DNA of 12,012 bases. Origin: Archangiaceae bacterium. GTDB taxonomy: Bacteria > Myxococcota > Myxococcia > Myxococcales > Myxococcaceae. Numbering within the stretch: the stretch's first letter is position 1; each line of letters opens with the position of its first letter. The stretch spans positions 1 to 12,012 of the forward strand of contig JAYVCD010000232.1 in NCBI GenBank assembly GCA_043750125.1, written 5' to 3'. Of this stretch, positions 7,257-12,012 are shown piece by piece. The notes under the pieces are model-generated. The model made no database searches and was not told where the DNA came from. It saw only the letters and a program-made list of their open reading frames with translations. A program made the translations under genes and the position numbers.

Positions 7257-9167
7257 ATGACAAGTCGCCCGCGAGGCGATAAGGCTCAAAAGGCAGTGAA
7301 CCGCTTTCTCCCCACCAATCAGGCTGACCTCGAGGCGCGCGGCTGGGACGCGGTGGACATCGTCATCGTGTCCGGGGATGCGCACGTGGACCACCCTTCG
7401 TTCGGGCCGATCTTGATTGCCCGGTTTCTCGAGGGGCGCGGCTTCCGGGTGGGCGTCATCTCGCAGCCCGACTGGCATTCGGCCGAGCCGTTCAAGGCGT
7501 TGGGAAAGCCCCGCCTCTTCTTCGGAGTCGCGGCCGGAAATCTCGACTCGATGCTCAACCGGCTCACCGCGCAGAAGAAGAATCGCGCCGAGGACCAGTA
7601 CACCCCCGGAGGCCGCACCGGCAGCCGACCGGATCGCGCCACCCTCGTCTACGCCAACCGCTGCCGCGAGGCGTACCCCGACGTCCCGCTGGTGCTGGGA
7701 GGCATCGAAGCCTCGCTGCGGCGCATCGCGCACTACGACTACTGGAGCGACAAGGTCCGCCGGTCGATTCTGCTCGATGCGAAGGCCGACCTGCTGGTGT
7801 TTGGAATGGGAGAGCGCCCGGTCTGGGACATCGCTCGGCGCTTGAAGGCGGGCGAGAAGGTCTCCGAGCTGCGGGACATTCGCGGCACCGCGTTTTTGAT
7901 CAACGACGAGCAGATGAAGAAGCACGAGGCCGACCCGGCAAAGCGCGCGGCGGACAAGAAGGTGGTGGTGCTGCCCAGCTACGAGCAGGTGGTCGCCGAC
8001 AAGACGGCCTTCGCGCGGATGTCGCGGGACTTCCAGATGGAGACCAACCCCGGCAACGCACGGGCGGTCGCTCAGCGGCACGCGGACCGCGGGGTGTACT
8101 TCAACCCGCCGGCGCTTCCACTCGACGATGGAGAAGCAAACCCCGACTCGGTCGCGATGGACGAGCTGTACGACCTCCCGTTTCAGCGCAAGCCGCACCC
8201 CAGTTACACCGAGAAGATTCCCGCCTTCGAGACGGTGAAGCACTCGATCGTGTTGATGCGGGGCTGCTTTGGCGGGTGCACCTTCTGCTCGATTACCGAG
8301 CACGAGGGGCGGGTGATTCAGAACCGCTCGGAAGCCAGCGTGCTGCGTGAGATTCGGGAAGTGCGGCGCATGGGCGACTTCCGCGGAACGGTGACCGACC
8401 TGGGTGGGCCCACCGCCAACATGTACAAGATGAAGTGCAAGACCCCGGAAATCGAGCGCGCGTGTCGCAAGCTGTCGTGCGTGCACCCGGGCGTCTGCGA
8501 GAACCTGCTCACCGACCATGACCCGCTGATCGACGTGATGAAGGCGGTGCGCAAAGAGGAAGGGGTGAAGCACGTCTTCATCGCCAGCGGGGTGCGCTAC
8601 GACCTGGCCCAGCTGTCGCCTGAGTACGTGACCGAGCTTGCGACCCACCACGTCGGCGGCCAGCTGTCGGTGGCTCCGGAACACGTCAGCCCGCGGGTGC
8701 TCGAGAAGATGAAGAAGCCCGGAATCGAGAGCTTCGAGCGGTTCCAGACGATGTTTGCCTGCGCGAGCAAAGAGGCGGGCAAAGAGCAGTACGACATTCC
8801 GTATTTCATTTCCGGCCACCCCGGCTCGACGCTCGAGGACATGATCGAGCTCGCGGTCTGGCTGAAGAAGAACGGGAAGCGTCCGCGGCAGGTGCAGGAC
8901 TTCATTCCGACTCCGATGTCGATCGCAGCCTGCATGTATTGGACAGGCATCGACCCGCTGAAGATGGAGCCGGTCTACACGGCCACCGGGCTGCGCGAGA
9001 AGAAGCTGCAGAAGGCGCTGCTGCTGTATTGGAACCCCGAGCAATGGCCGCTGGTGCGCGAAGCGCTGACCCAGGCCGAGCGCACCGACTTGATTGGCCG
9101 CGGGCCGCTGTGTCTGGTTCCCGCCGAGACGATGGACGAAGCCCGCCGCGCCCGCTCACCGTCCTGA
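7257..9167 (+). CDS. ygiQ: YgiQ family (UPF0313) radical SAM protein
   Basis: 636 aa from the ATG at 7257. Family N-terminus FLPT...[23 protein letters not shown], plus GNLDSM and [23 protein letters not shown]. Radical SAM motif [10 protein letters not shown] (Cys codons at 8265, 8277, 8286). Also [30 protein letters not shown] and QVQDFIPTP. Confidence 0.95.
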   Translation: MTSRPRGDKAQKAVNRFLPTNQADLEARGWDAVDIVIVSGDAHVDHPSFGPILIARFLEGRGFRVGVISQPDWHSAEPFKALGKPRLFFGVAAGNLDSMLNRLTAQKKNRAEDQYTPGGRTGSRPDRATLVYANRCREAYPDVPLVLGGIEASLRRIAHYDYWSDKVRRSILLDAKADLLVFGMGERPVWDIARRLKAGEKVSELRDIRGTAFLINDEQMKKHEADPAKRAADKKVVVLPSYEQVVADKTAFARMSRDFQMETNPGNARAVAQRHADRGVYFNPPALPLDDGEANPDSVAMDELYDLPFQRKPHPSYTEKIPAFETVKHSIVLMRGCFGGCTFCSITEHEGRVIQNRSEASVLREIREVRRMGDFRGTVTDLGGPTANMYKMKCKTPEIERACRKLSCVHPGVCENLLTDHDPLIDVMKAVRKEEGVKHVFIASGVRYDLAQLSPEYVTELATHHVGGQLSVAPEHVSPRVLEKMKKPGIESFERFQTMFACASKEAGKEQYDIPYFISGHPGSTLEDMIELAVWLKKNGKRPRQVQDFIPTPMSIAACMYWTGIDPLKMEPVYTATGLREKKLQKALLLYWNPEQWPLVREALTQAERTDLIGRGPLCLVPAETMDEARRARSPS

Positions 9168-9241
9168 CGTTTCGTTCCACCTTTCTTGCACACCGCGCCG
9201 TCGTCCGGTGTCTGGTCCCTCATCCCGGTGATGGAGTGAAC

Positions 9242-10048
9242 ATGTTCCGAAGAGCGCTTTTGGTGACGTCGATGATCCTTGGGGTCGGTTGCAAAGAAGA
9301 AGCGGCAGCTCCGATGGCTGCTGTTTCGGCGAGCCCCGGATTCGATCCCGAGACGTCCCGGTTGCTCGCCGCCCTTGAAGATCCGGTCGCCAGCGTTCAC
9401 TACGCCGCGAGTCGCGAGCTGGCGGCGAAGGGCGCGGCCGTGCGACCGGCGTTGCTTTCAGCGCTGAAGAGCGAACGGCCGATGCTGCGCGCGATGGCGG
9501 CCCACGCGCTGGCGGGAATGGGCGAGGGAGCGGAAGAGGCGCTCCCGGGCCTGGCCGCTGTTCTCGAGAAGGATGCAGACCCGAAAGTTCGCGAGAGTGC
9601 GGCCCGTGCGATTGGCCTGGTCGGGCGAAAGAGCGCGCTCAAGTCGACGCTGGTGAGCGCGCTGCGCAAGGGGCTCGCGGACGCCGAAGGACCCGTCCGC
9701 GTCAGCTCTGCGTTTGCGCTCGCGGCGCTGGACTCCGGTGCGAGCGAAGCCGCCGCGGTGTTGGGAAAGGCGCTGAACGACCCCGAGCCTGAAGGGACCA
9801 ACCTCCACCAGGAAGCGTGCTTCCGTCTGGCTTCCATGGGCCCGGCCGCAAAGGATGCCGTGCCCGGGCTGATCGCGATGCTTCAAAATCCGGACCCCGA
9901 GATGCGCTGGCCGGCGGTTGAAGCGCTGGGAAAAATCGGACCCGGCGCCGCAGCCGCCCAGCCTGCGCTGAAGTTGCTGCGGAAGAAGAGCAACATCGTC
10001 GGCGAGAAAGACGCGATCACGAAGGCCCTCGAAGCGATCGAAGACTAG
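9242..10048 (+). CDS. HEAT/PBS-lyase-like repeat lipoprotein
   Basis: ATG at 9242 with GGAG upstream (268 aa). Signal peptide [17 protein letters not shown]. About six helical repeats, e.g. [47 protein letters not shown] and [20 protein letters not shown]. Confidence 0.85.
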   Translation: MFRRALLVTSMILGVGCKEEAAAPMAAVSASPGFDPETSRLLAALEDPVASVHYAASRELAAKGAAVRPALLSALKSERPMLRAMAAHALAGMGEGAEEALPGLAAVLEKDADPKVRESAARAIGLVGRKSALKSTLVSALRKGLADAEGPVRVSSAFALAALDSGASEAAAVLGKALNDPEPEGTNLHQEACFRLASMGPAAKDAVPGLIAMLQNPDPEMRWPAVEALGKIGPGAAAAQPALKLLRKKSNIVGEKDAITKALEAIED

Positions 10049-10134
10049 GACCGCCGGCGACGAGCGACCGCGGCTCCCAGCATCAGCAGCAGCGGCCACG
10101 CGCTCGAACCGACGGGCACCGCGCTGCATCCCCC
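10045..10134 (-). other. MYXO-CTERM-type C-terminal protein-sorting signal
   Basis: [29 protein letters not shown]: Gly-Gly-Cys motif, transmembrane-like segment and terminal Arg cluster, as is characteristic of MYXO-CTERM. Confidence 0.85.
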
Positions 10135-11568
10135 GCGAGCCGCCGCGACCGGCGTGGACCCGGCGTCGGGCGAGTCCTCACCCTCGGTGCCGGGGTCGGA
10201 ATTCGCGTCGAGGTCACAGACATCTCCCACGCCGTCCTGGTCGCGATCTTCCTGCTGCGCATTGGCGAGGTTCGGACAGTTGTCGTTTACGTCGGGCACG
10301 GTGTCTGCGTCGGTGTCGACGCAAGCGTCCCCGGCTTTGTCTGCTCTCGAGTCGGTCTGGTCGGGGTTGGGAACCGACGGACAGTTGTCGATCGCATCGG
10401 GTACGCCGTCGCCATCGGTGTCCTCGTCGCAGGCGTCGCCCTGGTGGTCGCCGTCGAGATCCGCTTGATTCGGGTTGGCCTTCGTCGGGCAGTTGTCGCT
10501 CGCATTGAGCACCCCGTCGCCGTCGGAATCGTTCTCACACGCGTCGCCCTTGCCATCGCCATCGGTGTCGAGCTGGGACTTGTTGGCGAGGGTGGGGCAG
10601 TTGTCCGTCGCGTCGGCGATGGTGTCGTTGTCGTCGTCGCCATCACACGCATCGCCCTTTCCGTCGTGGTCCGTGTCGAGCTGGTTGGCGTTGGCGATGG
10701 TGGGACAGTTGTCGTTGGTGCCGGTGACTCCGTCGTGATCCGGGTCCGTGGTTCCGTACATCAGCGCGGCCCCGGCGATGTCACCCGGGCTCAACGTGGT
10801 CCAGTCGTGCAGCAGCAGGGCGCCGTCCTTGCGGTGAATCGAGAAGCCGCCGCAGCCGGCCTGGTTCAGCGTGGTCGACCGGTAGTGCATCGTGGACGCG
10901 ATGTCGTACGGCCCGATCTTCAGTGCGCCCGAGTTGATGATGAAGAACGCGTTGCTGCCCGTCGGAACGCAGGCGTTGTTGATGGTGACATACGCGTCGC
11001 GTTCCGGCCGCTGCTGCTCGTGCAGCAAGCCGAGCGTGTGCCCCATCTCGTGGGTGATGACGCTGGTGATGCAGGCGGTCGAGACGTGGGTGTCGCGCAG
11101 GTAGACGTAGCGGTGACCCGGCGCATAGCCGACCTGGGCTTTGCAGACGGTGTTGCCGGCAAGCTCGGTGAACGTGACGTACGTCGTCTGCGTGGTGCGA
11201 GGCACGAAGCGGACGACGGTCTTGTTCTGCCATTCGGCGATCGAGTCTCGAACCCGGCTGGGCGTCGTGACCGAGCTGTCGATGGTGTAGGGGACGATTC
11301 CATTGGGCCAGAGGTAGCTGCCGTTCGAAGTGCCTTCCTTGAACAGCTCTTGCTGCTGCCGGCCTTCGCCAGGGGTCACCTCGTCCGCGGGCGAGAGCAC
11401 CATGTCGTCGCCGACGATGATCTGGTCATCGACTTTCTCGTAGTCCAGCTCGACCGCCTGGCCGAGCAGCCGGAAGGTGCCGTGCTTTGCTTGAGCGCCG
11501 AATTCCGGGCCACAGGCCAGGCAGAGAGTCACCGACAGGACCAACCAGAACCGCCGTTGCGTTTGCAT
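10045..11568 (-). CDS. Astacin-family (M12A) zinc metallopeptidase with thrombospondin type-3 repeats and MYXO-CTERM sorting tail
   Basis: Likely start is the ATG at 11568 (507 aa), giving signal [19 protein letters not shown]. Propeptide-like [16 protein letters not shown] is followed by [10 protein letters not shown]. Zinc motif [19 protein letters not shown] (His codons span 11020-11052) and Met-turn STMHY. Five DNCP...GD[AV]C repeats. C-terminal GGCS, hydrophobic stretch and RRRRS. Confidence 0.92.
   Translation of the reverse strand: MQTQRRFWLVLSVTLCLACGPEFGAQAKHGTFRLLGQAVELDYEKVDDQIIVGDDMVLSPADEVTPGEGRQQQELFKEGTSNGSYLWPNGIVPYTIDSSVTTPSRVRDSIAEWQNKTVVRFVPRTTQTTYVTFTELAGNTVCKAQVGYAPGHRYVYLRDTHVSTACITSVITHEMGHTLGLLHEQQRPERDAYVTINNACVPTGSNAFFIINSGALKIGPYDIASTMHYRSTTLNQAGCGGFSIHRKDGALLLHDWTTLSPGDIAGAALMYGTTDPDHDGVTGTNDNCPTIANANQLDTDHDGKGDACDGDDDNDTIADATDNCPTLANKSQLDTDGDGKGDACENDSDGDGVLNASDNCPTKANPNQADLDGDHQGDACDEDTDGDGVPDAIDNCPSVPNPDQTDSRADKAGDACVDTDADTVPDVNDNCPNLANAQQEDRDQDGVGDVCDLDANSDPGTEGEDSPDAGSTPVAAARGGCSAVPVGSSAWPLLLMLGAAVARRRRS
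10210..10750 (-). repeat. Five thrombospondin type-3-like Ca2+-binding repeats (~35-36 aa, ~108-bp period); boundaries approximate
   Basis: Five copies of DNCPxxxNxxQxDxDxDxxGD[AV]C, separated by DxDxDxxxD segments, in the translated minus-strand CDS. Confidence 0.9.
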
Positions 11569-11646
11569 GAGGGCGGGCCATTGCCGCTTTCGCGCCACCC
11601 TTTTCGCCCCCGCAACCGTGCCCAAGTGCTTCGGCGGGCGCGCCGC

Positions 11647-11699
11647 CTGTCACTGCCGACTGACACCCCGGCATGCCGCACTGCAACTGCCAGTGACAG
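11647..11699. promoter_or_regulatory. Putative transcription-factor binding palindromes upstream of the protease gene
   Basis: Perfect 9-bp inverted repeat CTGTCACTG (11647-11655) / CAGTGACAG (11691-11699). It overlaps TGTCA-N8-TGACA (11648-11665) and lies 80-130 bp upstream of the 11568 start. Confidence 0.4.
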
Positions 11700-11911
11700 C
11701 GCGAGGGCTCAACCACGGTGATTGGCTCATGGGCGACGAGCTGTGGCCCCCTCGAAAATTGTGGTCGCGTCAGTTCGGTCGGGAAAGGACTGGGCCGGGA
11801 GGAGAGGTTGGAGCCGGGGTCGGCGAGCTTTCGAATGTCCCGTGGGCATTGGCGGGAAAAGGGGTTTCCCGGGGGTTGCTTTGGCCTGATCGGCGTTCGC
11901 TTTCAGGGGTT

Positions 11912-11992
11912 CCGGTGAGAACTACCCCCACTGGTGTCATTTACCGTCGCGCCTCGGTGGTAATCCTCACCGCCGGGGGTCGTTCTCACCAG
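11912..11992. repeat. Imperfect palindrome composed of four 19-bp GGT-N7-ACC units (two direct, two inverted)
   Basis: 11914-11990 folds without gaps: 26 Watson-Crick pairs, 3 G-T pairs and 7 mismatches around a 5-nt loop. Units: ccGGTGAGAACTACCccca and ctGGTGTCATTTACCgtcg on +; ctGGTGAGAACGACCcccg and gcGGTGAGGATTACCaccg on -. Confidence 0.8.
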
Positions 11993-12012
11993 TTCGCGAC
12001 ATCGGACCCCCG

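Noticed and set aside
5730..9167. PrimPol and YgiQ are in the same frame and separated by only one TGA (6729-6731), suggesting a readthrough or selenocysteine fusion. The track also gives YgiQ an 808-aa form from 6741.
   Set aside because: The intervening 6732-7256 translation is low-complexity Arg/Ala/Pro sequence. Its first codon positions are the G/C-rich third positions of the SnoaL-like gene, so stops are expected to be rare. YgiQ similarity starts only after 7257 and no SECIS-like element was recognised.
8939..9241. N-terminal extensions given by the ORF track (8939 for the HEAT gene; also 4602, 4612, 6574 and 11625 for other genes)
   Set aside because: The extensions overlap neighbouring genes or bury signal peptides. 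Downstream ATGs put the signal peptides at the N-terminus, and most have ribosome-binding sites.
11718..11918. 66-aa ORF in the right-hand intergenic region
   Set aside because: Short, with no codon bias, recognisable motif or ribosome-binding site.
11965..11981. Partial resemblance to phage lambda operators (CACCGCC core)
   Set aside because: A short GC-rich match is expected by chance, and there are no phage genes in the window.
11914..11990. Integron attC site, CRISPR repeat or intrinsic terminator interpretation of the long palindrome
   Set aside because: The ends (TGAGAAC / GTTCTCA) do not fit RYYYAAC / GTTRRRY and there are no extrahelical bases. There is no repeat-spacer array or cas gene, and no poly-T tail.

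Overview
GC-rich window, most likely from a myxobacterium (Myxococcota), judged by a MYXO-CTERM-type tail and several Cys/Gly-rich lipoproteins. It holds eight credible CDSs. (1) A membrane-anchored protein with two ExbD/TolR-like modules and atypical codon usage. (2) A large lipoprotein with six ASH/choice-of-anchor-D-like Ig repeats and a MIDAS-bearing VWA domain. Divergent from it is a tight + strand run of five genes: (3) a lipoprotein built from 10-Cys repeats and Gly linkers, (4) a stand-alone LigD-type primase-polymerase with no Ku or ligase in the window, (5) a SnoaL/NTF2-like protein, (6) a YgiQ-family radical SAM enzyme and (7) a HEAT-repeat lipoprotein. Convergent on that run is (8) an astacin (M12A) metalloprotease with thrombospondin type-3 repeats and a MYXO-CTERM. 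The last ~390 bp are apparently non-coding and include a 77-bp imperfect palindrome made of four 19-bp GGT-N7-ACC units, which no gene explains. No rRNA, tRNA, CRISPR array or transposase was seen. Most domains belong to known families. The best leads are the 19-bp-unit palindrome, the orphan PrimPol run with its altered C-terminus, and the tandem ExbD-like protein. All family calls come from motif recognition by eye; no searches were run.
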